Positions 37,439 through 49,694 of a stretch of 64,000 nt of DNA are shown piece by piece (the first letter of the stretch is position 1; each line of letters begins with the position of its first letter). A program made the translations under genes and the position numbers. The notes under the pieces are model-generated. The model was not told the origin of the DNA and searched no databases. It saw only the letters and a list, made by a program, of their open reading frames with translations. Origin of the DNA: Mobula hypostoma (lineage: Eukaryota); contig NC_086097.1 of the NCBI RefSeq assembly GCF_963921235.1, forward strand, positions 243,104,001 through 243,168,000, read 5' to 3'.

Positions 37439-40400
37439 ATAGAACATAGAACATGGAATAGTACAGCACAGTACAGTCCCTTCGGCCCACAATGTTGTGC
37501 CGACCCTCAAACTCTGCCTCCCATATAAGCCCCCACCTTAAATTCCTCCATATACCTGTCTAGTAGTCTCTTAAACTTCACCAGTGTATCTGCCTCCACC
37601 ACTGACTCAGGCAGTGCATTCCACGCACCAACCACTCTCTGAGTAAAAAACCTTCCTCTAATATCCTCCTTGAACTTCCCACCCCTTACCTTAAAGCCAT
37701 GTCCTCTTGTATTGAGCAGTGGTGCCCTGGGGAAGAGGCGCTCGCTATCCACTCTATCTATTCCTCTTATTATCTTGTACACCTCTATCATGTCTCCTCT
37801 CATCCTTCTTCTCTCCAAAGAGTAAAGCCCTAGCTCCCTTAATCTCTGATCATAACGCATACTTTCTAAGCCAGGCAGCATCCTGGTAAATCTCCTCTGT
37901 ACCCTTTCCAATGCTTCCACATCCTTCCTATAGTGAGGTGACCAGAACTGGACACAGTACTCCAAGTGTGGCCTAACCAGAGTTTTATAGAGCTGCATCA
38001 TTACATCGTGACTCTTAAACTCTATCCCTCGACTTATGAAAGCTAACACCCCATAAGCTTTCTTAACTACCCTATCCACCTGTGAGGCAACCTTCAGGGA
38101 TCTGTGGACATGTACCCCGAGATCTCTCTGCTCCTCCACCCTACCAAGTATCCTCCCATTTACTTTGTACTCTTTCTTGGAGTTTGTCCTTCCAAAGTGT
38201 ACCACCTCACACTTCTCCGGGTTGAACTCCATCTGCCACTTCTCAGCCCACTCCTGCATCCTATCAATGTCTCTCTGCAATCTTTGATAATCCTCTACAC
38301 TATCTACAACACCACCAACCTTTGTGTCATCTGCAAACTTGCCACCCCACCCTTCTACCCCCACATCCAGGTCGTTAATAAAAATTACGAGAAGTAGAGG
38401 TCCCAGTACAGATCCTTGTGGGACACCACTAGTCACAGTCCTCCAATCTGAATGTACTCCCTCCACCACCACCCTCTGCCTTCTGCAGGCAAGCCAATTC
38501 TGAATCCACCTGGCCAAACTTCCCTGGATCCCATGCTTTCTAACTTTCTGATAAGCCTACCGTGTGGAACCTTGTCAAATGCCTTACTAAAATCCATATA
38601 GATCACATCCACTGCACTACCCTCATCTATATGCCTGGTCACCTCCTCAAAGAACTTTATCAGGCGTGTTAGACACGATCTGCCCTTCACAAAGCCATGC
38701 TGACTGTCCCTGATCAGACCATGATTCTCTAAATGCCTATAGATCTTATCTCTAAGAATCTTTTCCAACAGCTTTCCCACCACAGATGTAAGGCTCACTG
38801 GTCTATAATTACCCGGACTATCCCTACTACCTTTTTTGAACAAGGGACAACATTCGCCTCCCTCCAATCCTCCGGTACCATTCCCGTGGACAACGAGGAC
38901 ATAAAGATCCTAGCCAGAGGCTCAGAAATCTCTTCTCTTGCCTCATGGAGCAGCCTGGGGAATATTCTGTCAGGCCCCGGTGACTTATCTGTCCTAATGT
39001 ATTTTAACAACTCCAACACCCACTCTCCCTTAATATCAACATGCTCCAGACCATCAACCTCACTCATATTGTCCTCACCATCATCAAGTTCCCTCTCATT
39101 GGTGAATACCAAAGAGAAGTATTCATTGAGGACCTCGCTCACTTCCACAGCCTCCAGGCACATCTTCCCACCTTTATCTCTAATTGGTCCTACCTTCACT
39201 CCTGTCATCCTTTTTTTCTTCACATAATTGAAGAATGCCTTGGGGTTTTCCTCTGCCGTACTCGCCAAGGCCTTCTCATGCCCCCTTCTTGCTCTCTCAG
39301 CCCCTTCTTAAGCTCCTTTCTTGCTTTCCTATATTCCTCAATAGACCCATCTGATCCTTGTTTCCTAAACCTCATGTATGCTGCCTTCTTCCACCTGACT
39401 AGATTTTCCACCTTACTTGTCACCCATGGTTCCTTCATGCTACCATTCTTTATCTTACTCACCGGGACAAATTTATCCCTAACATCCCGCAAGAGATCTC
39501 TAAACATCGACCACATGTCCATAGTACATTTCCCTGCAAATACATCATCCCAATTCACACCCGCAAGTTTTAGCCTTATAGCCTCATAATTTGTCTTTCC
39601 CCAATTAAAAATTTTCCTGTCCTCTCTGATTCTATCCTTTTCCATGATAATGCTAAAGGCCAGGGAGTGGTGGTCACTGTCCCCCAGATGCTCACCCACT
39701 GAGAGATCTGTGACCTGACCCTGTTCATTACCTAGTAGTAGATCTAGTATGGCATTCCCCCTGGTCGGCCTGTCCACATACTGTGACAGGAATCCATCCT
39801 GGACACACTTAACAAACTCTGCCACATCTAAACCCTTGGAACTAATCAGGTGCCAATCAATATTAGGGAAGTTAAAGTCACCCATGATAATCAACCCTGT
39901 TATTTTTGCACCTTTCCAAAATCTGCCTCCCAATCTGCTCCTCTGTATCTCTGCTGCTACCAGGGAGCCTATAGAATACCCCCAAGAGAGTAACTGCTCC
40001 CTTCCTGTTCCTGACTTCCACCCATATTGACTCAAAAGAGGATCCTGCTACATTACCCACCCTTTCTGAAGTTGTAATAGTATCCCTGACCAATAATGCC
40101 ACCCCTCCTCCTCTTTTTCCGCCCTCTCTATCCCTTTTAAGGCACTGAAATCCAGGAATATTGAGAATCTATTCCCGCCCTAGTGCCAGCCAAGTCTCTG
40201 TAATGGCCACTACATCACAATTCCATGTATGTATCCAAGCTCTCCGTCATCACCTTTGTTCCTTATGCTTCTTGCATTGAGGTACACACATTTCAGCCCT
40301 TCTACCTTACTGTCTTTACACCATTTATTCTGCTTCTCTTTCCTCAAAGCCTCTCTGTATGTTAGATCTGGCTTTACTCCATGCACTCCTTTCACTGCTC

Positions 40401-41712
40401 TATTGCTCTGGGTCCCATCCCCCTCACAAATTAGTTTAAACCCTCCCGAACCATGCTAGCAAACCTACCTGCAAGGATATTGCTCCCCCTCGAGTTCAGG
40501 TGCAACCCATCCAATCTGTACAGGTCCCACCTTCCCCAGAAGAGATCCCAATGATCTAAAAATCTAAAACCCTGCTCCCTGCACCAACTCCTCAGCCACG
40601 CATTCAACTGCCATCTCCTCCAATTCTTCCCATCACTGTCACGTAGCACTGGCAGCAATCCTGAGAACGCCACCCTTGAGGTCCTGTTCTTCAGCCTTCT
40701 GCCTATTTCCTGAAACTCACACTTAAGGACCTTATCCCTCTTCCTGCCTATGTCGTTGGTCCCAACATGTATCACAACTTCTGGTTGTTTTCCCTCTCGT
40801 ACCAGGATGTCGTGCACCCGGTCAAAGGCATCCTGGACCCTGGCACCCGGGAGGCAACAAACCATGCGGGTGTCCTTCTTACGTCCACAAAATCTCCTGT
40901 CTGTTCCCCTGACTATAGAGTCTCCAATGACGACAGCTCTCCTCTTCTCCATCCCACCCTTCTGCACCACAGGGTCAGACTCAGTGCTGGAGGCCCTGCC
41001 ACCGTGGCTCACACCTGGTCGGTCGTCGCCGCCAACAGTATCCAGGACGGTAAACTTATTCAGGGGAATGGCTACAGGGGTGCTCTGCACTACCTGTCTG
41101 CTCACCTTCGCTTTCCCCCCTCTGACTGTCACCCACCGACTTGCTTCCGACAGCCTAGGTGTGACTACCTCCCTGTAGCTCTCATCTATGACTGCCTCAT
41201 TCTCCCTTATGAGTCGAAGGTCATCCAGCTGCTGCTCCAGATTCCAGATCTTCCAGATCGCCCAGCCGTATGCACTTCTGGCACTCTGCGGGAGAGGGGA
41301 GTTCCCCCAAGACTGCCACATCTCGCATGAGAGGCACATCACTGTCTCAGGAGACATTGTAAAAACTAACTGCAAGCTATCTAGTCCTCCGCCTCTTCTC
41401 ATCGAAGCCTCTCGAGTCAAAGCCTCAAAGCTCCACTCCTTCACTGGCCGCTTCGCTTGAGCTACCCCTCTATTTATCTGTTTTTAGCTTTTCAAAATGT
41501 TTAGTCACCTGACCTCGACTGCCCAATCAGCTGCTTTCTGCTGAGTCTGAGCTATTCAAACCTTGATTGTCTAATCAATGGCTTTCTGCTGATCTATTCA
41601 AATTTTGATTGACTTGATTGCACAGACCAACTGCCAAAACTGCCGGAATCTCTCGAGTCAAAGCCTCAAAGCTCCACTCCTTTACTGGCCCACTCACTCA
41701 CTGGCCGCTTTC
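37439..41712 (-). mobile_element. Full-length young CR1 LINE
   Basis: 337-aa ORF1 (40431..41444; CxxC, coiled coil, GDSIVRG, HVGTND and DGLH esterase motifs). ORF2 in few large pieces (39220..40035, 38795..39268, 38433..38867, 37507..38517). Tail at 37439. Confidence 0.95.
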
Positions 41713-42223
41713 CATGATCTCTGTTGTTTTGCGGGCCAGCTGAGTGGCTGCCAGCCTCTCTGAGTTAGGTAGGGATCTGGCTGTTTCTATAGCCAGCTGA
41801 GGTCGCTGGCTGAACTGAGACTCGGAGCTTCCCTGGAGCAGCGATGGAACTGTCTGTCGTTCTTTGGTGTTTGTCTCTTCTTGTCCTTGCCTCTGTGGGG
41901 TAAGCAAGGCTGTTTTGCCATTGCCCTGTGGGGGGGATCTGTCTTGTCTTATCCTTGCCTCTGTTGGGTAAGTCCTGCCGTTCTGCCGTTACCTGACAGA
42001 GAGACCTGTCCCACCTTAGTGTGGAGGTGAAGTTGAGTCCTGGCTTGTTGTAGGATAAGTCCCGGCTCTATGTCTATGTTCTGTCCTGTCTCATGTTTGT
42101 GTTGTGCTAAAGATGAGTCCTGGCTTGTCGAAGGATAAGTTGATGTTGATGTTCAGTTCCCAGTCTGTCTCTCAGCTCCAGTCTCCGAGTTATCAGCCTC
42201 TGCATTTCAAGACAAAGGTTCCG

Positions 42224-42715
42224 CAGCCAAGCTCCAAGATCCCAAGCCTCGAGGATCCCAAGCCAAGCTCCAAGAACCCAAGCCTCGAGGATCCCAAGCC
42301 CAGCTCCAAGAACCCAAGCCTCGAGGATCCCAAGCCAAGCTCCAAGAACCCAAGCCTCAAGGATCCCAAGCCAAGCTCCAAGAACCCAAGCCTCGAGGAT
42401 CCCAAGCCAAGCTCCAAGAATCAAGACTCCAACCTGGAGGATCCCAAGCCAAGCTCCAAGAACCAAGACCCCAGCCTGCAGCCAAGCTCAAGACCCAAGG
42501 CCCCAAGCTTCGAGGACCCCAGGCCAAGCTCAAGACCCAAGACCCAAAGCCTCGAGGATCCCGGGCCAAGCTCAAGACCCAATACCCAAAGCCTCGAGGA
42601 TCCAAGGCCAAGCTCAAGACCCAAGACCCCAGCCTGCAGCCAAGCTCAAGACCCAAGACCCCAAGCCTCGAGGATCCCAAGCCAACCTCAAGACCCAACA
42701 CCCCAGGCCTCAAGC
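42224..42715. repeat. Minisatellite with a 36-bp core unit (cccaagcctcgaggatcccaagccaagctccaagaa) inside the solo LTR
   Basis: Direct tandem repeats giving PSLEDPKPSSKN periodicity in ORF 42104..42754. Confidence 0.9.
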
Positions 42716-44309
42716 CATGTCATGTCCTTGCCTGGTTCTGGGGTCCGAGCCTGAGGTAAGACCCAGGTTCTGGGTCCCTGTCTAGTCTCGGGCTCGGAGT
42801 CTGAGCCTTGTCTTGTCTCCAAGCTCAGGCCTCTAGACCTCAGCCACGTCCTGTCCTGAAGCCATGTCATGTCTTTGCCTGGTTCTGGGGTCCGAGCCCG
42901 AGGCAAGACCCAGGTTCTGGGTCCTTGTCCAGTCTCAGGCTCGGAGTCCAAGTCTTGTCTCCTAGTCCATGGTTCCTAGTCCTGGTCCGGCTTTCCCTAG
43001 CCCAACTCTGCGTTCTTGTCCCTGCTCCTTGCCTGAATCCTGTCTCATTCCTACTCTAGTCAAGTCCTGTTGCTTGTACTTCAGTGTCTGTGTCTTGCAT
43101 TTGGGTCCGTTCCCAGCACCGCGTTGTGACATTCACAGATTGGAGCTGTGAGTGGCGATACAGTCATGGGTATACAGGGAATAAAGGAGGGGACTCAGTA
43201 CACAGCCCTGAGGGGCTCCTGTATTAAGAGTCAGAGGGTTGGAGGTGAGGGAACCTACTCTTACAACCTGCTGGTGATCTGACTTCTCTCAGTAAGAAAT
43301 GATTTTTGTCCACAGATCTGCTACTCACTGGATGACTTCGTTGATTGCTTCATTCTCTGTAAACTCTAGAGACCTTTGTAGATGAAAATTCCAGGAGATC
43401 AGCAGTTTCTGAGGTATTCAAACCACCCCATCTGGCACCGACAGTCATTCCACAGTCAAAGTCACTTAGTCAATTCCTTTCCCATTCTGATCTTTGGTTT
43501 GAACAACAAAGGAATGTCTCGACCATGTCCACATGTTTTTATTCAATACATTGCTGCGCACGATTGGCTGAACTGATATTTGCATTAATGAGCAGGGGTG
43601 CAAGTGTACCTAATAAAGTGGCCACTGAGTGTACATTTCATGTATTAATCTTAGCAGGAAGTTTGGACATTCTCACAAAGTTTTGAGGAAACTGCAACCA
43701 GATATTTCTTGAGCTAAAAAAACTCAGGGTAATTAAAATCTTCATCTCCATCATGAGCATTAGCTTCCATAGTATTCAGGACATTTTCGAGGAGTGATGT
43801 CTCAAAAAGGCGGCACCCATCATTGAGGACCACCATCAACCAGGACTTGCCTTGTTCCCATGGTTACCATAAGGAAGGAGGTACAGAAGCCTGAAGGCTC
43901 ACACTCAATGATTTTATTTGTTCTGAACAACAACTGAACCTCTTGACCATGTCTGCATGCTTTTATGTACTGAGTTGGTGCCCCATATTCTAAGCTAGCA
44001 AAGATTTATCGCGGAACATCTGCATTCTTTCCACAATGGACATTGGGTGTTCCCAGTTACCAGTTGGTTAGATGATCCTGAGCCTTTTGGGGTCATATAC
44101 TGTATCCAGTGATTCCAGTGCGGCCTCATCTACATTGGTGAGATGTGACGTAGATTAGAGGACTGATTTGTCAAGAACTTTCCCTCCATCTGCAACAAGC
44201 AGCATTTCCTGGTGGCCAAGCATTTCAATTCTACTGCCCATTCCCATGTCGGAGGAGCAGCATTCATGCTCCAACCCGGTAGCCACCAAGCTGATGACAT
44301 GAACACCTG

Positions 44310-44659
44310 ATAGAAGTGTATAAGATGATGAGAAGCATTGATCATAGTCAGAGGCTTTTTCCCAGGGCTGAAATGGTTGCCACAAGAGGACACAGGTTTA
44401 AGGTGCTGGGGAGTAGGTGCAGAGGTGACATCAAGACTAAGTTTTTTACTCAGAGTGGTGAGTGCGTGGAATGGGCGCCAGCAACAGTGGTGGAGGCAGA
44501 CTCAATAGGGTCTTTTAAGAGACTTTTGGATAGGTACATGGAGCTCAGAAAAATAGAGGGCTATGAAGAAGTCGAGTAATTTCTAAGGTAGGGACATGTT
44601 CAGCACAACTTTGTGGGCCAAAGGGCCTATATTTTGCTGTAGGTTTTCTATGTTTCTAT
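44310..44659 (+). mobile_element. CR1 3' fragment inserted in a Penelope remnant (44010-44309, resuming 50568-51005)
   Basis: Same subfamily as 1010-4148 (QRLFPRAEM.ATRGHRFKV). Tail ttttctatgtttctat. Confidence 0.85.
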
Positions 44660-45510
44660 TGTGACGGGGTCCTGAATTACCCCTTTGAACTGTGCTCGAT
44701 TACCCCTATGAACTGCGCTTTTGAAAAGAGAGAGAGAGTTATTTAACACCGACATGTTGTTTTGAAAGAGAGAGAGAGAGAGAGATGAAGACTGTTCACA
44801 GGTTGCTTATACTTTCTTCAAGGATATTTGCCTGCTCGTACATTTCTTACACAGACAAAGGAAGGAGGAGTTATTTGAGTGACAGTTGATGCTCAGCACG
44901 GGAAGATAAAATAGGAAGTCAGATGATAGACCTCAGGCACATGTTTTGGACACTGAATGAGCTTTGTTGTGCCCGCAGGAAAAGTGGGTTTTTGGGAGGA
45001 TCGACCAGGCAGATTGATCAGTGGCTCTCGCAGTGAAAAGAAAAATCTGTGACCAGTGGGAAGTTGTCCATGTGTCCACCCTTGCCTGGGTGATAGCTCC
45101 ACCACAGAAAAATGGTCCGCTTTGTTGTGGTCACAGTCGGTGACTTTTAAAGGATTTCGGAGGACAACAAGAAGATCGGCGTCAGCTCACCTGAAGACTC
45201 AAATCTCTACTTCTCTCTCTCTCTCCATCACTACTTAACTCAATATCACGAACTGAACTGAACTGAACTTTACTCGTTGTAAGACTGTATCTTTTTACCC
45301 CTGGACTTAAAGAAGCTTGGTTTTTCACATTTATTTTCCACACTTACTGATTTACTTATATATAATCATTGCTAACCTGTTTGATTTATCTACATTTATA
45401 TTACTGTATTGTGTAGTTACTAATAAATATTATTAGTTAATAGCAATACTGGACTCCAAAGTGTTTTCCATCTCTGCTGGTTCTTTATTCCCGTCATGGG
45501 GTACGTGACA
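44660..45510 (+). repeat. 5' LTR
   Basis: TGTGAC...GTGACA. Direct repeat of 49695-50567. Confidence 0.95.
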
Positions 45511-45514
45511 AAAT

Positions 45515-45532
45515 TGGGGGCTCGTCCGGGAT
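45515..45532 (+). promoter_or_regulatory. Primer-binding site complementary to tRNA-Pro
   Basis: TGGGGGCTCGTCCGGGAT, 4 nt after the 5' LTR. Confidence 0.92.
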
Positions 45533-48500
45533 ATGAACAAATTGTGGGAGGCTTGTTTGAATTGATTGGGGGAAAATCCCTTTTGATTTGGTTGTGTGGA
45601 AATACAGCAGAAATGGATGTTAATGTTGAGAAGTTTATGTTGGAACTAACCCCGGTAGCGTTGGATGATGCTACGAGGGTTGTGCTGTTGGGAATTGCTG
45701 AAAAGTTAAGACTAAAGGTGACCACTGAAATGAGGAAAGCTCAGATACAGACGATAATAGCCTAACATTATATAGATAAGAGAACGTTAGATGAGGAGGC
45801 ATTAGAGTTGTTTATTGGAAGGAAACCTACTGAGGCTGAGGTTCAGTTGAAATTGCAATTGAAATTAAAACAACTCAAGGCTGTTGAAGCAGAAAAGAGG
45901 AGGGTCCGTGAGGCTAGAGAGGCAGCAGAACAGAGAGAAGCGGCAGCAAAACAGAGCAGAGGCAGAAAAACAGAAGTGGCAGCAAAACGGAGAGAAGAAG
46001 CAGAAAGACAGAGACTGTTTAAAAGGAAGTTGTGGCAGCCGAGTGGTTTAGTGTCAGACCCTGATGATTTTTACAGCTCAGAAGGGTTTGTTTTGTTTAA
46101 TGAATTTAAAAGTTGTGTTCCTGATTATGTAGGGGCATACCTAAATTCAGAGGATGCGGCTACCCTGTGGGGGTCTGCTAAGAAAGCAGACGAAATTGTT
46201 TTAACCCATGAGCTTGATTTTGCTCCAGATGAGAGTTTGCCAGAGAATAGCTGGGAGGTTCGGGCTGACCTTGAGTTTGAAACTGGGACAAGTGATGACA
46301 GCCCAGAAGAGGCAGCTGTCGCAATTGCCTGTGTTGGAGTTGTTGAAGGTCCTGTGAATTCACAGAGTTCTGAACCTTGTGTTGAAGCTCAGTTAAAGTC
46401 TGAGGTGTCTGACTTGGTTGGAAAAGAATGCAGTTTTTTTTGTCAGATGATCTTGGTTCAGTGCATAAGGAGTTAACTTTGGTACCAGTGGAATGTAAGG
46501 ATTCTCAGTCACTTGTATTAGACAGTGTTTTAAAAGTTAGTGACGAGATGGAAATTAGTGAGGTAAGTGTTAATGAAAATAAGGGGAAAAGTGCTGTTCC
46601 TAGACTTTTGGATAAAGTGCTGGGACAGGTTGGATTGGTTGCGCGACCTTTGACCCTGCTTGCAGGACAAAGGTCTGCTGAGGAAGGATATGCTACTCTG
46701 TGGAATTTTGTTTGGACATTTGGAAGTACATACCTGCAAGGTCATGCTGTTATTCACTGTGATGTTATGGAAGCAAGTCGAAGTGAAGGTTGTAATCAGA
46801 TGAACGGATTGTTTGGTCTCTTGCATAATGTATACATGGTTCTTATAAGCCTGGTGATGGTGCTAAGTTTGGTAAACAATGTTGGGAGGTTGACACCTCT
46901 CCAAGGTAAGGTTGATATAGCTGTTCAATTGATGAGCAGAGCTGCTTCTGAGAATTCAAGCAGAAAGACTGATGTTTATTTCACAGGCACAGATAATCAA
47001 AGTACCATTTGTAAGTTTAGGCAGCCTGTTGGGGCCTATGATAGCAAAACCAGAGGTTTAAATTATGAGGGTGTGTCACGGACTTTTCTACCTTCCATAT
47101 TTCTGCAGGACTTAGAGGATAGTAAAGCTGATAAGAATAAGGTGTATGAGGAAGGTTTGTCCTTATGGAGGAAGAAATTTATAGAGGAACAGAAGCGAGA
47201 TTCTGAAATGGTGGCTTTAAAGAAGATAGCTCTCCCAGGAGAGGAGGTTCAGTGAGAGTCAGTGGGACATTACCTTAAAGATGGGATGTTAATGAGGAAG
47301 TGGAGACCAGCCACTGTGCCTGCAAGTCATGTGGTGGTTCTGAAAGTTTACAGGGCTGAAATTTTAAACATGGCTCACAGTATGCCTTTAGGTGGACATT
47401 ATAGAGTGAGAAAGACAGTGAACAGGATTATGGAGGAATTTTACTGGCCTAGTTCAAGGAAGGATGTTGTAAATTTGTACAGGACATGCCATATCTGTCA
47501 AGTTGAGGGGAAATTTAATCAGGTTGTTCAGGTAGCACTACTTAAACTGTTTTTGGTCAACCTTTTTCTAGGGTCATAGTGGATTGTGTAGGCCCATTAC
47601 TAAAGACTGCAGCTGGTTATCAGTATGTGTTAACAATTATGTGTGTTGTGTCTAGGTCCCCTGAAGCTTTTGAAGCGATCAAGGCCAAGACTGTGGTAAC
47701 AGCATTCAGTAAGTTTTTCACACTGGTAGGTCTGCCCAGAGAAATTCAATTTGACCAGGGCAGTAACTTTACTTCGAGAACATTCTAGGGGATAGTTAGG
47801 GAGTTGGAAGCTAAGCACATGGTGTCATCTGCATATCACACAGAGTACAAGGGAGCCTTGGAACGGTTCAACTCAACTCTTCAGACCATGATTGAAGCAT
47901 ATTGTGTGAGAAATAGGAAAAATTGGGACGAGGGGGTTCCCCTACTCTTATTTATTGTTGGAGATATGATTCAAAATCCATTGGAGGGTAGTTTGTTGGA
48001 ACCTGTGTTCAGTTACAGGCCAAAAGGACCTTTGACCCTACTCAGGGAACTATGGTCTGATTTGGAAACATGTGTCAGTGTGCTTAATTATGTTTTCAAA
48101 TTCTGGAAGGAATTTAATAAGGTTTGTGTCCTTGCAAAGGAAAGTTTACAGAATGGTTGAATTAAAATAAAACTTATTTGCTAGAATTGCAGCTGGGAGA
48201 ATTGTTATGGAACAAAATGGAGTCATAGAGGTCGTGGAATCTGATAATGGGATGAAACAACATGTGTACCCACTGAATCTAGTTTCACCAAGATGTCAGA
48301 GTTCCATTGTTTTGAAAAATATTACTGATAAGGTCCATCAGTTGGACCCAAAACCGCAAGAACAAGTGAAAGGACTAATTGGCATTTTGAAGCGGTGCAC
48401 AGGTGCAGTGCATCACGTCATTATAAATTCAGTCCAGCCCATGAAACAGAATCCTTACAGAGTGAACTGTTGAGAAAAGTAAAATGGTTGAAGAAGAAAT

Positions 48501-49694
48501 TAGAAACAAGAAAGAACGAGGAAAGAGAGTGGATGATTGTATTGATAGAGCGAGGAAGGCTAAATACCTTATAAAGATTGACTTGTTAAAAGGATACTGG
48601 AGTGTTCCTTTAACAGAGAGGGCTAAAGAGATATCAGCATTTGTGACACCATCTAGACTGTATGAGTACAATGCTTTGCCCTTTGGGATGAAAAATGCAC
48701 CAGGGACATTTCAAAGAATGCTCAATTCTGTGATTGGAGGTTTAGAAAACACAGGGGTTTATATCAATGATTTAGTGGTCTGGAATGACACGTGGGAAGA
48801 GCATATTGCAGCGGTAGAAAAACTGACAGACTTTCCAAGGCTAATCTTACTGTGAACCTCGCTAAAAGTGAGTTTGGCCATGCCACAGTTACATATCTGG
48901 GTTATGTGGTAGGCCAGGGCCAGCTGGCTCCTGTAGAGGCCAAGGTTCAAGCAATTGCTAGAGTTCCTGTTCCGGCCTGCAAGAAAACTTTGAGAAGGTT
49001 TTTAGGAATGGTTGGGTATCATCATAAGTTCTGTAAGAACTTGGCTGACATAGCTGTCCCCCTAAAAAAAACTCCTGGGGAAGAGTGAAAGATTTGTTTG
49101 GAGTGACCTTTGCCGGGAGGCATTTGAATGTCTGAAAACCATCCTGTGTTATCATCCTGTGCTCAAAGCACCGGATTTTTCAAAGCCATTTTCTATAGCA
49201 GCAGATGCTAGTGATGAAGCTGCTGGGACAGTACTGTTACGGAAGGGTGTGGATGACATTCAGCACCCAGTAGCTTATTTCTCAAAGAAATTTAACGGGC
49301 ACCAGAAAAATTATTCAACTGTTGAAAAGGAGTTGTTAGCAGTTATTCTGGCCTACAACATTTTGAGGTTTATATTTATCCTGCTCAAAGACCCCTTGTG
49401 GTTTACACGGATCATAATCCGTTGGTGTTTTTTTAACTAAAATGAAGGATAAGATTAGAAAGTTGTTAAATTGGAGTCTGATATTGCAAGAATTTGATCT
49501 GACAATCAAACATGTGAAAGGTACTGACAATATTCTAGCTGATTGTTTATCTAGATGTTAAGTTGGAAATTGTACACGTTTTGCTCTGTCATCTGATGAT
49601 TTTACCTATATTGTTTCAAACTCTGTACTTTACATTTAGACTAAAAAAAATTTTTTGCCTTTGTCAAAATTATTTTTTCTCTGCAGAAAGGGGG

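Larger units (their letters stand above)
36770..43131. mobile_element. Solo LTR (TGTCA...TGACA) with internal minisatellites, carrying Nimb-like and CR1 insertions
   Basis: 5-bp TSD TTCAC at 36765-69 and 43132-36. Inverted 5-bp termini. Confidence 0.78.
35936..43282 (-). mobile_element. Rex1/Babar-type LINE 3' part (35936-36769 and 43132-43282), interrupted by a solo LTR
   Basis: KFADDTT RT motif at about 36745, HPNHNLFQLLPS (36086..36277), and TGAPQGCVLSP at 43190-43225. Confidence 0.8.
35740..43632. mobile_element. Tc1-derived MITE (copy B), split into 35740-35935 and 43283-43632 by nested insertions
   Basis: TIRs tcagtaaccactttattagg and cctaataaagtggccactga. The halves join to match 25188-25705. 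Confidence 0.72.

Noticed and set aside
40431..41444. Host GDSL/SGNH lipase gene
   Set aside because: It is ORF1 of a CR1 LINE, directly followed by APE-RT and repeated in several copies in the window.
42224..42715. CRISPR-like array (also considered for 54411-54680)
   Set aside because: Head-to-tail repeats without unique spacers, no cas genes, and a eukaryotic context.
42104..42754. 216-aa P/S/K-rich ORF as a host gene
   Set aside because: It arises from a 36-bp minisatellite inside a TSD-bounded solo LTR and starts at a non-ATG codon.
43658..43728. Possible + strand exon (cag...gtaatt)
   Set aside because: Stops in all three frames and a weak polypyrimidine tract.
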